A DNA stretch of 64,000 nucleotides, taken from Syntrophus aciditrophicus. Its GTDB lineage: Bacteria; Desulfobacterota; Syntrophia; Syntrophales; UBA5619. Where the stretch lies: positions 102 through 64,101 of the forward strand of contig DYTH01000001.1 in assembly GCA_020726025.1 (NCBI GenBank), in the 5' to 3' direction. Below are positions 1 through 9,283 of this stretch, in pieces. Positions within the stretch are counted from its first letter, which is position 1. Every line of letters starts with the position of its first letter. Position numbers and translations under genes: made by a program. Below the pieces are notes generated by a model. It searched no databases. It saw nothing but the letters and a program-made list of their open reading frames with translations, and was not told the DNA's origin.

Positions 1-398
1 TCGCAACCCATGGAAATCTGGGGAGCGAGCTTATCAAAGCGGCTGAAATGATACACGGCGCCATGAAACTCGTTACGCATGTTTCCGTAAGCCAGGACAA
101 AGGCGTGGAAGAGATCAAAAAGGAGATCAGCGTCGGGATCAAAAAGCTCGATCAGGGACAGGGCGTTCTGATATTGACCGATCTTTTTGGCGGAACGCCT
201 TCAAACCTCTCGTTGTCGTTTCTGAAGCCCGGAAAGGTGGAGGTTGTAACCGGCGTGAATCTGCCGATGCTCCTTAAGATGACGGAAATCCAGGACAGCA
301 GCAAAACCCTCGAGGAGTTTGCCCACTGTCTCAAGGAGTATGGAATAAAAAATATCTCCCTGGCCTCGGAAATACTCGGCAAGAAATTTAGCGGATAA
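1..398 (+). CDS. PTS EIIA component, mannose/fructose/sorbose family (5' end cut by window edge)
   Basis: The frame is open from nt 3 (ATHGNLGSELIKAAEMIHGA...), so the ORF-track Met at 48 is internal. It has a THG phospho-His region and the LILTDLFGGTPSN motif typical of EIIA-Man. Confidence 0.8.
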   Translation, partial: ATHGNLGSELIKAAEMIHGAMKLVTHVSVSQDKGVEEIKKEISVGIKKLDQGQGVLILTDLFGGTPSNLSLSFLKPGKVEVVTGVNLPMLLKMTEIQDSSKTLEEFAHCLKEYGIKNISLASEILGKKFSG

Positions 399-403
399 AT
401 ACA

Positions 404-904
404 TTGCACCCATCTTTGGACATAGCCCTGGTCAGGGTTGATAACCGTCTTGTGCATGGTCAGATACTGGAAGCCTGGATACCCTATATCAAGGCGGATT
501 GCATCATTGTCGTTGACGATTTGACAGCCTCCGATATGTTCAGGGAAACGGTCATTCGCATGGCTGTTCCCCGGGAGGTGGAGGTTGTGATCTGCGATGT
601 GGACGAGTTTGTAAAAACGATCCCTTACCACAAAGGAGACGGGCGCAGGACCATCGTTCTTTTTGGCGCTGTAGCGTCCGCCCGCCGGGCTTTCGAAAAC
701 GGTTTCCGCTTCACCCGGCTTAACATCGGCAATGTTTACAACGACTCCTACACGGTTTGCTGCACCCCTTCTGTTCTTCTGAGTGAAAACGACATTCACG
801 ATGTGACCTTTCTTCGTGATGCGGGCGTGAGGATTGAGTTGCGGCGAGTACCCAGGGAAAAGCCTGTCGATTTTTTCGAAGCGGTTCGCAGCGTCAAAAT
901 GTGA
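404..904 (+). CDS. PTS EIIB component, mannose/sorbose family
   Basis: VRVDNRLVHGQ matches the phospho-His motif of EIIB-Man (RIDDRLIHGQ type). The start is TTG at 404, or TTG at 416, which gives MDIALVRVD. It follows the EIIA stop by 5 nt. Confidence 0.8.
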   Translation: MHPSLDIALVRVDNRLVHGQILEAWIPYIKADCIIVVDDLTASDMFRETVIRMAVPREVEVVICDVDEFVKTIPYHKGDGRRTIVLFGAVASARRAFENGFRFTRLNIGNVYNDSYTVCCTPSVLLSENDIHDVTFLRDAGVRIELRRVPREKPVDFFEAVRSVKM

Positions 905-970
905 CATCAGGCAAGCGCCATCTTGCAGCTTCGATGCTTTCAGCAACAAAAAACCGGTGAAATTAATTAA

Positions 971-1669
971 ATGATTACGGATGTTATCATTGTATCGATA
1001 GTCGGCGGCATTTTCTGTCTGGATCGTGTTTCCGTACTTTTTATGGTATCACGACCCATCGTCGCCGCGCCGACCATTGGGTTTCTTCTTGGAGACGCCT
1101 ACACTGGCCTTGTTGCCGGCGCATTTATTGAACTGCTCTGGATAGACCGTCTGCCCATCGGGATGTATCAGCCTCCCAACGATACGATAACCGCCATTCT
1201 CATTGCCGCTTCTTCCATTGAAGCCGGGCGTCTTTTTGGCGCCATGCCTGATTCCCTGATCGTCCTTTCCGTTCTTCTTTTTGTCCCGTTCGGCCTGCTT
1301 GCCCAGAAAATGGACCGTTATCTTGTAAAGACCAACGAAAAACTCGCGGAACAGTTTATCGAAGATGTGAAAAATGGCCATTCGGAACATATTGCCCGGA
1401 GGCACCTTACCCCTCTTTTCAAGACGTGGGCATATTCCTCCGGATTCATGTTCGTTGCGCTTTTCATCGGGATTGCGCTGCTGAGTTTTTCCTATCCTCT
1501 TCTTCCCGGATGGTCGATTCGCGGGCTCGAGCTCTTTCATCCGATGATTCCTCTTGTCGGCACGGCGGTCGCCCTTAACTCCATCAACGCGCGGGGGGCA
1601 TTGCCGGTTTTCAGCGGCGCTTTTCTCTTGGGATCCTTTTTATTTCATTACCTCAAGGAAATGGGTTGA
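971..1669 (+). CDS. PTS EIIC component, mannose/sorbose family (membrane)
   Basis: 232-aa polytopic membrane protein. The N-terminal segment GGIFCLDRVSVLFMVSRPIVAAPTIGFLLGD resembles EIIC-Man. It sits directly after EIIA/EIIB. Confidence 0.7.
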   Translation: MITDVIIVSIVGGIFCLDRVSVLFMVSRPIVAAPTIGFLLGDAYTGLVAGAFIELLWIDRLPIGMYQPPNDTITAILIAASSIEAGRLFGAMPDSLIVLSVLLFVPFGLLAQKMDRYLVKTNEKLAEQFIEDVKNGHSEHIARRHLTPLFKTWAYSSGFMFVALFIGIALLSFSYPLLPGWSIRGLELFHPMIPLVGTAVALNSINARGALPVFSGAFLLGSFLFHYLKEMG

Positions 1670-1672
1670 CGG

Positions 1673-2218
1673 ATGAAAGCGAAGCTTAATGTTCACAAAA
1701 CGGAGTTTAATGTTCACAAAGCGAAGCTTAATGTTCATAAAACGGAGCTCGATCTTTACAGATATGCATTCATTGACGAGGGAAACTGCTCGCCGCAAGA
1801 TCTCGATGATATTGTAGAAATCGAAAAGGATTCGTTTTCCTCGCCCTGGTCCAGGGCTCTTTTTTCCGCCGAGTTGAAGAACCCGATCTCCCGAATTCTT
1901 GTCATGAAAACACTGCATCAGGACAGGGAAACCATCGCTGGTTACGCCGTTTACTGGCTTGTTGCCGACGAACTGCATCTGCAGAAAATCGCCGTCCGCA
2001 GGGAAATGCGAAACCGTGGACTGGCCGCAGCGATTTTGCGGGAGGCGTTTGCAGTTTCGTCGTCGCAAAATATCATGAAAGCGACGCTCGAGGTTCGCGC
2101 ATCCAACCTGCCGGCTTATCATCTCTACCGTAAATTCGATTTTTCTGTTAAGGGGAAGCGTCTCCGATATTACGACGACACAGGCGAAGATGCGCTCATC
2201 ATGTGGCGTGATCTTTAA
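1673..2218 (+). CDS. rimI: Ribosomal-protein-alanine N-acetyltransferase (GNAT) with a repeat-encoded N-terminal extension
   Basis: DLDDIVEIEKDSFSSPWS aligns with the E. coli RimI N-terminus. GNAT acetyl-CoA motif LQKIAVRREMRNRGLAAAIL. ATG 1673 is the only in-frame ATG/GTG/TTG before the conserved core. Confidence 0.75.
   Translation: MKAKLNVHKTEFNVHKAKLNVHKTELDLYRYAFIDEGNCSPQDLDDIVEIEKDSFSSPWSRALFSAELKNPISRILVMKTLHQDRETIAGYAVYWLVADELHLQKIAVRREMRNRGLAAAILREAFAVSSSQNIMKATLEVRASNLPAYHLYRKFDFSVKGKRLRYYDDTGEDALIMWRDL
1679..1741 (+). repeat. Three tandem 21-nt units of a dispersed repeat (GCGAAGCTTAATGTTCACAAA / ACGGAGTTTAATGTTCACAAA / GCGAAGCTTAATGTTCATAAA)
   Basis: Read directly from the sequence. 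The period is exactly 21 nt and the units are in frame with rimI (heptads AKLNVHK/TEFNVHK/AKLNVHK). Confidence 0.95.
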
Positions 2219-2262
2219 AAAGAGGGACATCCGTTAAGCAGACGATAGAGGAACAGGAGACT

Positions 2263-3069
2263 ATGATCATGACGAATGGAAGGATAACGGGAAATGTTCC
2301 GGCTGCGCCCGGCCATTTTATCCTCTCCATAGCGCTTCCGGCGACTTTTCAGGAGCCCTCTTTCGGTCAGTTCGTGATGGTGCGAAACCTTCTCAATGGA
2401 AAGGCGATGCTGTCTCGACCCTTCAGCGTCTATGGGTTTCACCGGGACGCCCATCAGTCGGCGCTTGAGCTTTTATGCCGGGTTGCCGGCCGGGAAACGA
2501 AGCTCCTGTCCGGGCTGAAGGCCGGGGCCGGCGTCGAGGTTCTGGGACCCCTCGGAAATGGATTTACGATCAGGAAAGATGTTGACCGGATTATTCTCGC
2601 AGCCGGCGGGGTCGGGGTGGCGCCGCTCTCTTTTTTTCTAAAGGAGCGGGCAAAATATCCCTCGAAAGCTGCCGTCTCCCTTTTTCTTGGCGCCAAAAAC
2701 GGGGAAATTGCCTCTGCCCTGGTGAAAGGCCTGTCCGATACATGCGCCGTGCATATTGCTACCGACGATGGAAGCCTCGGTTTTCACGGGCCGGTGACGG
2801 AAATTCTGGCTGCGGAGCTTTACTCCTGCGATTTTGAGAGAACCCGGATTCTCGCCTGCGGGCCGACCCCGATGACCAGGGCGCTTGCCCGGCTTCTTGC
2901 GGATAAGCCCATCGATTGCCAGGTTTCTTTGGAGGAGAGGATGGCCTGCGGTGTCGGCGCCTGCCTGGGGTGCGTCGTCCCCGTAAGAAACAGCCACGGT
3001 GATGCGATGTACAAAAGGGTCTGCAAAGACGGCCCCGTTTTTGATTTAAGGGAACTCCTATGGGATTGA
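2263..3069 (+). CDS. pyrK: Dihydroorotate dehydrogenase (type 1B) electron-transfer subunit
   Basis: Ferredoxin-reductase-like fold with a C-terminal 2Fe-2S Cys cluster ([15 protein letters not shown]). It overlaps the pyrD start by 10 nt. Confidence 0.85.
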   Translation: MIMTNGRITGNVPAAPGHFILSIALPATFQEPSFGQFVMVRNLLNGKAMLSRPFSVYGFHRDAHQSALELLCRVAGRETKLLSGLKAGAGVEVLGPLGNGFTIRKDVDRIILAAGGVGVAPLSFFLKERAKYPSKAAVSLFLGAKNGEIASALVKGLSDTCAVHIATDDGSLGFHGPVTEILAAELYSCDFERTRILACGPTPMTRALARLLADKPIDCQVSLEERMACGVGACLGCVVPVRNSHGDAMYKRVCKDGPVFDLRELLWD

Positions 3070-3998
3070 GAAAAGAAAACGGCGAGGGGCTCAAACTGGA
3101 TGTCTCTATCGGTTCGCTGACTCTGAAGAACCCCGTCATGACGGCGTCGGGAACCTTCGGGTACGGTGAGGAATATGCGCAGTTTTTCGATCTGTCCCGT
3201 CTGGGGGCCGTGGTGGTGAAGGGGCTATCCCTGCTGCCGAGAATGGGAAACCGCCCGCCCCGGATTGTGGAGACGCCCTGCGGGATGCTCAACGCAATCG
3301 GGCTCCAGAATGTGGGGGTCGAGACGTTTATTGACGAAAAGCTTCCCTTTTTAAGACAATTCGACGTGAAGGTGATTGCCAACATCTTTGGCGAATCCGT
3401 CGAGGAGTATCAGAAATTGTCTGGTATTCTTTCCGGTGTGGACGGGGTGCATGCGTTAGAGGTCAACATCTCCTGCCCGAACGTCAAGAAAGGGGGCGTC
3501 GTTTTTGGAACGGATCCCGAGGTGGCGGCTCTTGTGACGCGGAAAGTGGCGGCAGAGACGGATATTCCCGTTATCGTGAAGCTTTCTCCGAATGTCACCG
3601 ATATCGCGCTGATGGCCCGGGCGGTTGAGGAGGCGGGCGCCGACGCCGTTTCCCTGATCAACACGCTGACGGGAATGGCGATCGATAGTGAATCGAGACG
3701 CCCCCTTCTGGCAAACATTACCGGCGGCCTTTCCGGTCCGGCGCTGAAGCCCGTCGCCCTGAGGATGGTCTGGCAGGTGGCTCATGCCGTCAGGATTCCG
3801 GTCATCGGCACGGGCGGGATAACCTCTTTCCAGGATGCCCTTGAATTCCTGATCGCGGGCGCCGCGGCCGTACAGGTCGGCACGGCCAATTTTGTCAATC
3901 CGCTGGCAACGATGGAGATACTCGACGGCATCAAAGACTATATGGAACGCCATGACATCATGGATATCCATGATGTTATTAATTCTTTACGCGCCTGA
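3060..3998 (+). CDS. pyrD: Dihydroorotate dehydrogenase 1B catalytic subunit
   Basis: [31 protein letters not shown] and GTGGI motifs typical of class 1 DHODH. Confidence 0.9.
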   Translation: MGLRKENGEGLKLDVSIGSLTLKNPVMTASGTFGYGEEYAQFFDLSRLGAVVVKGLSLLPRMGNRPPRIVETPCGMLNAIGLQNVGVETFIDEKLPFLRQFDVKVIANIFGESVEEYQKLSGILSGVDGVHALEVNISCPNVKKGGVVFGTDPEVAALVTRKVAAETDIPVIVKLSPNVTDIALMARAVEEAGADAVSLINTLTGMAIDSESRRPLLANITGGLSGPALKPVALRMVWQVAHAVRIPVIGTGGITSFQDALEFLIAGAAAVQVGTANFVNPLATMEILDGIKDYMERHDIMDIHDVINSLRA

Positions 3999-4171
3999 AG
4001 ACAGCCTTTTTTCAGCCATTCAGAAACAATATCCATCCCTGTGCTGTACGTGCATAAAAGCGGCTCCTTGCCCTGCCGGGCGCCGCTCCGTAGAGGTTCT
4101 TTCGTGGGGTGGAATAAAAGTGCAAAACTTTTGAACTCGCGTCAATTCGCTATTAAAAACGGTATGTTCCG

Positions 4172-4199
4172 AATGTCGGTGCACCGACATTGCTTTTTT
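4172..4199 (+). terminator. Rho-independent terminator candidate (downstream of pyrKD)
   Basis: Perfect 20-nt palindrome AATGTCGGTGCACCGACATT followed by GCTTTTTT. Confidence 0.6.
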
Positions 4200-4263
4200 G
4201 ATTCCCCCTGGGTTTTTCAGGTTCGAAGCCGTTTTAAGTCCGTATGCACCGCCCATCGGATTT

Positions 4264-4298
4264 GGCCCGCGGGCGTCTGTATGCAACGCCCGCGGGCC
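4264..4298. repeat. REP-like GC-rich hairpin (13-bp perfect stem)
   Basis: GGCCCGCGGGCGT / loop CTGTATGCA / ACGCCCGCGGGCC, in an ORF-free spacer. Confidence 0.7.
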
Positions 4299-4412
4299 AG
4301 GGCTTACGCCATTATAGCGCATCCCCGATGCGGATACGCACGCGAGAAGGGAACGTTAAAGGCCAAATTTTCGAACAGTCGTCAAAAACGCAGTCATAAT
4401 GATGTGTTAATC

Positions 4413-4437
4413 AATGTTGCGGCGCAACATTTTTTTG
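4413..4437 (+). terminator. Second rho-independent terminator candidate
   Basis: AATGTTGCG-G-CGCAACATT palindrome running into a T7 tract. The AATGT...ACATT stem ends are the same as in the terminator at 4172. Confidence 0.55.
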
Positions 4438-4603
4438 AGACCGCCCATCAGCGCCCTGTGATGGCGGCCATAGTAAAGAGTCGATACCCTCTTTCGAGGG
4501 GATAAAACTCGGAGATTCTTGCATTTGGCTCGGATTACTTCCTGCGTGGGATGCTGAGATTTGATTGCCCACTGTATTCCATACAGAACCAAAAATCGTT
4601 GCG

Positions 4604-7600
4604 TCAAACGATTCTTCGGATCTGTTCGATCAATGCATCGAGACGCTTCCGGGAAATGGGATAGGGGGTTTTGAGTTCCTGTGAAAAAACGGACACCTTG
4701 TACTCCTCAATCATCCAGCGGAGCTCTTCGAGCCGTTCGCTTTTTTCTTCGACGCATTTTGGAGCAGAGACCGACAGATCGGTGAACACACGTTCGATTT
4801 CGCTGATTTCCTTTCCGCGGATCAGCGCCTTTTCGAGGTGAACGGCGCCTTTTTCGGCCCGAATTCCAATGGAGCGCAGATAGCGGACAATGTGCGGAAG
4901 CCTTTTTTCATCGTATTTCAGCAGAAAGTCAGGCGGCGCAAGTCGGGAAGTCTCGTCGCGCAGTTCTCCGAGGAAGGCAGGGAGAGGACGGTTGGTCCGG
5001 TTGGCCGTCTCTATCTTTCGGAATCTTTCGAAGACCTCGTAGAGCGCCTTGACGACAGGGGCGGCCATTTTGACAATTTCCAGAGCGGTAGGGACGATTC
5101 GCGGACCAGAATTTTCAGCATGAGAAAAAAAATCGGTCTGTCTGCGGATATCGACGGCAAACAGGGTGTGAACCGTTTTTTCGTAGAGGGCGTTTTCCAG
5201 GGCTTTAGCCCCCCCGAACGCGGCGGCGTGGAGCTTCAAGTCTCCAGTAGCGGCAAGAGACTTGCGCATGATTTTCAACTCTTTCTGAAAATGCATGCAA
5301 AAAAGGGCCATCACGCCGTTTTTATGGGAGAGGTCGGCCTCGTGGGCGCTTTTGAAGAGGCGAAGCGAAACAGACTCTCCGGGGGACTCAAGCGCGGGAT
5401 AGAGGATCAGGGGTGTGTTTGTGTGCCCGTTAAACGCGACGCTTTGGGGGATATCGCCAAAATCCCATGATTTTAAATTCGTTTTTTCCCACGTTACGCG
5501 GGCCTGGGTGATGATTTTTTCCCCTTCAAGATCGGGAAATTTCTGTTCCAGAAGGGAAATATCCCTTCCCGCCGCAAGTTCCTGACCGCTGCCATCGACA
5601 ATGGAAAAGCGCAGGTTGAGCCTTTCATCAAGGGTGGCGCTGTTCCAGGCATCAGCGGGAACATCTACCCCGAGACGTTCGCGAACAAAGCGGCTCAGGG
5701 CGGCTGTCAGTCGTCCCTCGCGTGGCATTTCCCGCATGGCGCGATCCACCGCGTTGGCAAGGGGCATCAATTTTTTTCGGTATTCCCTGGGGAGGGAGCG
5801 CAAAAGCGCCTCGATCTTTTCCCGGAGAAGCCCCGGAACAGCCCAGTCAAGGGGGAGTAGTTGTGCCGAGCGCGTCGCCTGAACGGGAATTTTAAGCGTG
5901 ATGCCATCCTCTGGTTTACCCGGGGCAAATGCGTATCTGCATGCAAGTTTCCAGCCGGCCATCGAGACGCAATCCGGGTAGAGTGCAAGCTCCGAAGGGT
6001 TCGGCTCATTTTCCAGCAGATCTTCTTCTTTCATATAAAGAAATGCATCGCTTCCCCGGTCGCGCATCAGCCTCTGAAGCGTTCGAATATCGCAGATTCC
6101 GGGCAGTCTCTCCTCATAGAAGCGGAATATCTTTTCTTCATCAACCAGCAGGCTGCGGCGTCTGATTTTTTCCTCCATATCGGATATCTTCTTTATCAGG
6201 GCCGCGTTGCGGGTGTGGAAGGGGAGGGGGACGTTCAACTCACCCTCTACCAGGGCCGCGCGGATGAATATTCGCGATGCCTCGACCGGATCGATTTTCC
6301 CATAGGAGACGTTTCTACCGGAGACGATGACGAGCCCGAAAAGGGTCACCTGCTCGGAAGCCACGACTTCGCCGCGCTTTTTCTCCCAGTGGGGGGCAAA
6401 ATAGCTGTGGCGGCACAACGCGCCGGCCAGCTCTTCAATCCATCCCGATTCGATATTGGCCGCCGTTCTGGCAAATAAACGCGAGGTTTCGATCAGTTCA
6501 GCGCAGACAATCCAGTTCCCCCCGCTTTTGAAAAGCCCGGAGCCGGGAAAGATCATCGCCTCACGGCCGTGGGTTGCCGTGTAGATATTTTTTTCTTTTT
6601 TGACGGCAATATGACCGAGGAAGCCGCTCAGGACAGAGCGATGAATGGCCGTGCAGTAATCAGCCCCGCTTTGGGGCCTCTTTGCCGACGCCTCCCCGGA
6701 CGGCATCGTATTTTCATCCGGGGAGGTCTGCATGAAGCTGTTTTCTGCAAGGATCATGGCAAGTTGATTGCGTATTTCACGCCATTCCCGCATGCGCCGA
6801 TACGACAGGAGGTTGTCCCGGCAGAGCTTGCGGATGCGTCCCTGAGATTTTTCTGTTCCGTAAACAAAGTTGTAGATATTCAAAAGCGTGATGAAATCAG
6901 AGGCCGGATCTTTAAAGGGGGCGTGCAGTCTCTCGGCATCCTTTTCCCTGCCTGCGGGACGCTCCCGTGGGTCCTGAAGGGCGAGCGCCGAGGCTATGAC
7001 AAGCATCTCCTGAAGGCAGCCCTCTTTTCGGGATTCGACGATGATCCGGGCGACGCGGGGGTCGATGGGGAGACGGGCCATCATTTTCCCCATTTTAGTC
7101 AGTTTCCAGGTTTGCCCGGAGTCACTTTGCAGAGGTTCTATCGCCTGAAGTTCCCTCAATGTTTCCAGTCCATCCTTGATGCTCTTCGGGGTCGGCTTGT
7201 CGATAAACGGGAAGGATTGGATATCTCCCAGACCAAGAAAGAGCATCCGGAGAATAACGCCGGCAAGATTGGCCCGCAGGATTTCAGGCAGTGTGTAGAG
7301 AGGGCGGGCAAGGTACTCCTCTTCCGAATAGAGACGGATGCAGACCCCGCTTTCGATGCGCCCGCAGCGGCCCTTGCGCTGATCGGCGCTGCTTCGGGAG
7401 ATTGGCAGAACGGGAAGTCCGGCGGTTCGCGAGCGGGGATTATAGGTTGCCATCCGGGCGAGTCCGGCGTCGATTACGAAACGGATCCCGGGGATGGTCA
7501 GCGACGTCTCGGCGATGTTCGTGGCAACCACGATCCGTCTTGCTGCCGCACTCTGGAAGACGCGTTGCTGGTCAAGGCGGCTCAACCGCGAAAAAAGCGG

Positions 7601-8428
7601 TAAAATGACTGCATTTTCACCGTGGTGTCCAGTAAGGAGTTCGCAGGTCTCACGGATATCTTCTTCCGTCGGCATGAAGACCAGAATATCCCCCCGCTCC
7701 TTTTTCCGCACCAGTTCATCGACGGCGCTGAGCGCCCCGTCTATGTAATTGCGTTCGTTCATTTCGTCGGCATCCGGGGCAGGGGGGGCGTACCGTACCT
7801 CAACCGGGTACATCCTTCCGGAAACCTCAATAACCGGCGCGCCGCCAAAGGCCTCGGAAAATTTATCGGCATCGATCGTAGCCGAGGTGATGACAATGCG
7901 GAGATCATCACGCACTTTTCTAATATTATTCAGTATTCCAAGTACGAAGTCGATGTTGAGACTCCGTTCATGTGCCTCGTCAACAATGACGGTGTCGTAT
8001 CTGCGCAGAAGCGGGTCGGTGTGCGCCTCCATCAGGAGAATTCCGTCGGTCATCACCTTGACGACGGCGCCGGGCGGGGTGTGGTCGTCAAAGCGTATCT
8101 TGTAGCCGACCGACCTGCCGATTTCCTCCTCCATCTCTTCGGCAATTCTTCGGGCAACGGCAATCGCGGCTATACGGCGCGGCTGGGTGCAGGCGATCAT
8201 TCCCGTTTGTCCCCGGCCAGCCTCGATGCAGAATTTCGGTATCTGGGTCGTTTTACCCGAGCCGGTTTCCCCCGTTATCACGACAACCCGATGTTTTCTG
8301 ATGGCGGCAATGATATCATTTTTGCGTTCGAGGATGGGCAAATCGGGCGGGTAAACAATGCGGGGCTTATGGCGATTTGCCGGTTGTTTCCAGTATTTTC
8401 GGGATTGTCGTGGTTCTTGTTGCGTCAC
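4604..8428 (-). CDS. hrpA: ATP-dependent RNA helicase HrpA (DEAH box)
   Basis: 1274 aa with GETGSGKTTQIP, VIVDEAHERS, SATID, TNIAETSLTIPG and QRKGRCGR motifs and a long HrpA-type C-terminal region. GTG start. Confidence 0.9.
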   Translation of the reverse strand: MTQQEPRQSRKYWKQPANRHKPRIVYPPDLPILERKNDIIAAIRKHRVVVITGETGSGKTTQIPKFCIEAGRGQTGMIACTQPRRIAAIAVARRIAEEMEEEIGRSVGYKIRFDDHTPPGAVVKVMTDGILLMEAHTDPLLRRYDTVIVDEAHERSLNIDFVLGILNNIRKVRDDLRIVITSATIDADKFSEAFGGAPVIEVSGRMYPVEVRYAPPAPDADEMNERNYIDGALSAVDELVRKKERGDILVFMPTEEDIRETCELLTGHHGENAVILPLFSRLSRLDQQRVFQSAAARRIVVATNIAETSLTIPGIRFVIDAGLARMATYNPRSRTAGLPVLPISRSSADQRKGRCGRIESGVCIRLYSEEEYLARPLYTLPEILRANLAGVILRMLFLGLGDIQSFPFIDKPTPKSIKDGLETLRELQAIEPLQSDSGQTWKLTKMGKMMARLPIDPRVARIIVESRKEGCLQEMLVIASALALQDPRERPAGREKDAERLHAPFKDPASDFITLLNIYNFVYGTEKSQGRIRKLCRDNLLSYRRMREWREIRNQLAMILAENSFMQTSPDENTMPSGEASAKRPQSGADYCTAIHRSVLSGFLGHIAVKKEKNIYTATHGREAMIFPGSGLFKSGGNWIVCAELIETSRLFARTAANIESGWIEELAGALCRHSYFAPHWEKKRGEVVASEQVTLFGLVIVSGRNVSYGKIDPVEASRIFIRAALVEGELNVPLPFHTRNAALIKKISDMEEKIRRRSLLVDEEKIFRFYEERLPGICDIRTLQRLMRDRGSDAFLYMKEEDLLENEPNPSELALYPDCVSMAGWKLACRYAFAPGKPEDGITLKIPVQATRSAQLLPLDWAVPGLLREKIEALLRSLPREYRKKLMPLANAVDRAMREMPREGRLTAALSRFVRERLGVDVPADAWNSATLDERLNLRFSIVDGSGQELAAGRDISLLEQKFPDLEGEKIITQARVTWEKTNLKSWDFGDIPQSVAFNGHTNTPLILYPALESPGESVSLRLFKSAHEADLSHKNGVMALFCMHFQKELKIMRKSLAATGDLKLHAAAFGGAKALENALYEKTVHTLFAVDIRRQTDFFSHAENSGPRIVPTALEIVKMAAPVVKALYEVFERFRKIETANRTNRPLPAFLGELRDETSRLAPPDFLLKYDEKRLPHIVRYLRSIGIRAEKGAVHLEKALIRGKEISEIERVFTDLSVSAPKCVEEKSERLEELRWMIEEYKVSVFSQELKTPYPISRKRLDALIEQIRRIV

Positions 8429-8737
8429 CAGGCTTGTTTATCCTTTTTTAGTGTAATTCCCTCTTCTCGGATTACATACCTGTTTTTCTACGGAAATACA
8501 AAGGTGAATAACCTGACACCGTCACATTTGCGGGTAAATTTCCCTTGCAAAGCAAACAAACCTTATAGAACGGCAAATAATCAAAGAAACAGGCGAAGGA
8601 GAGGATCACAGCCGGGTTTACAAGAAACTGGAAATTTTTCACTCTTCACCATAGCGATCACATGGATATTGGACATGGCAGTGACTTCGTTGATTATCTC
8701 GGCCGGAAATTCAGGATAAGGTTGCAGGGAGAGAAAG

Positions 8738-9283
8738 ATGAATGAACCACGGTTTTATAACAGTAGAGTTGCTTCCACATATCTTGAATATCTGATCAAA
8801 TTCCGACCGGAAATCGATATACAAAAGCTCATTTCCGACTCAGGAATTGAATCATATGAGCTTGAGGATGAAGGCCACTGGCTGACTCAAAAGCAGGTTG
8901 ACGCCTTTCATGACGCCCTGGCGAAGCAGGCGGACGACCTTGCCCTGTCCAGGGAGGCGGGAAGGTACATGACCGCGTCCAGATCCTTTAGCGTAATCCG
9001 GCAATTTATTCTCGGGTTTATTGACCCGATGCACGCCTATTTGAGAATCCCCAGGATTGCCGGTTACATGAACCGAAGCGCCTCCTGTCAAGTAAAAAAA
9101 TTGGGTCCAAATAAGGTTGAGATAACGGTAAATATCGCCAACGGGGTTCACGAAAGACCGTATCAATGCGAAAACAGGATTGGAACTTTCGAGGCGATCG
9201 CAAATTTTTTTACACATAAGCTTCCGCTGGTGGAGCACCCTGTCTGCGTGCATAAGGGGGGAAGTAGCTGTGTGTGTATATAG
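8738..9283 (+). CDS. Stand-alone N-terminal sensor-domain ORF (V4R-like?), probably the detached 5' part of the downstream histidine kinase
   Basis: Good SD (GGGAGAGAAAGATG). The Cys-rich end (...PVCVHKGGSSCVCI*) terminates inside a (TG)4(TA)3 tract that overlaps the kinase start. The V4R call comes only from a remembered C-x-x-G-x-x-C-x-[FY]-x-[IV] pattern. Confidence 0.5.
   Translation: MNEPRFYNSRVASTYLEYLIKFRPEIDIQKLISDSGIESYELEDEGHWLTQKQVDAFHDALAKQADDLALSREAGRYMTASRSFSVIRQFILGFIDPMHAYLRIPRIAGYMNRSASCQVKKLGPNKVEITVNIANGVHERPYQCENRIGTFEAIANFFTHKLPLVEHPVCVHKGGSSCVCI
9269..9282. repeat. Dinucleotide microsatellite (TG)4(TA)3 at the junction of ORF 8738-9283 and ORF 9274-11586
   Basis: TGTGTGTGTATATA, read directly. 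Confidence 0.95.

Noticed and set aside
1679-1741. The tandem 21-nt repeats (also those at 27978-28019) considered as a CRISPR array or plasmid-type iterons.
   Set aside because: The units are contiguous with no spacers and there are at most 3 copies. No cas or rep genes are present. One array is in frame inside a coding region.
4041-4505. 154-aa ORF (with 100-aa and 66-aa minus-strand partners) in the pyrD-hrpA spacer.
   Set aside because: The composition (R, C, H, P rich) looks non-protein and there is no SD. The ORF runs straight through two terminator hairpins and a REP-like hairpin. It is better explained as non-coding structured DNA.
6569-8719. Two long plus-strand ORFs (344 and 365 aa) opposite hrpA. 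Similar cases are 40921-41970 opposite recG, 51678-52787 opposite the acyl-CoA ligase, and 13557-14528 opposite the GH57-synthase gene.
   Set aside because: The shadow-ORF argument applies here too. The sense-strand genes carry complete canonical helicase, ligase or GT motif sets.
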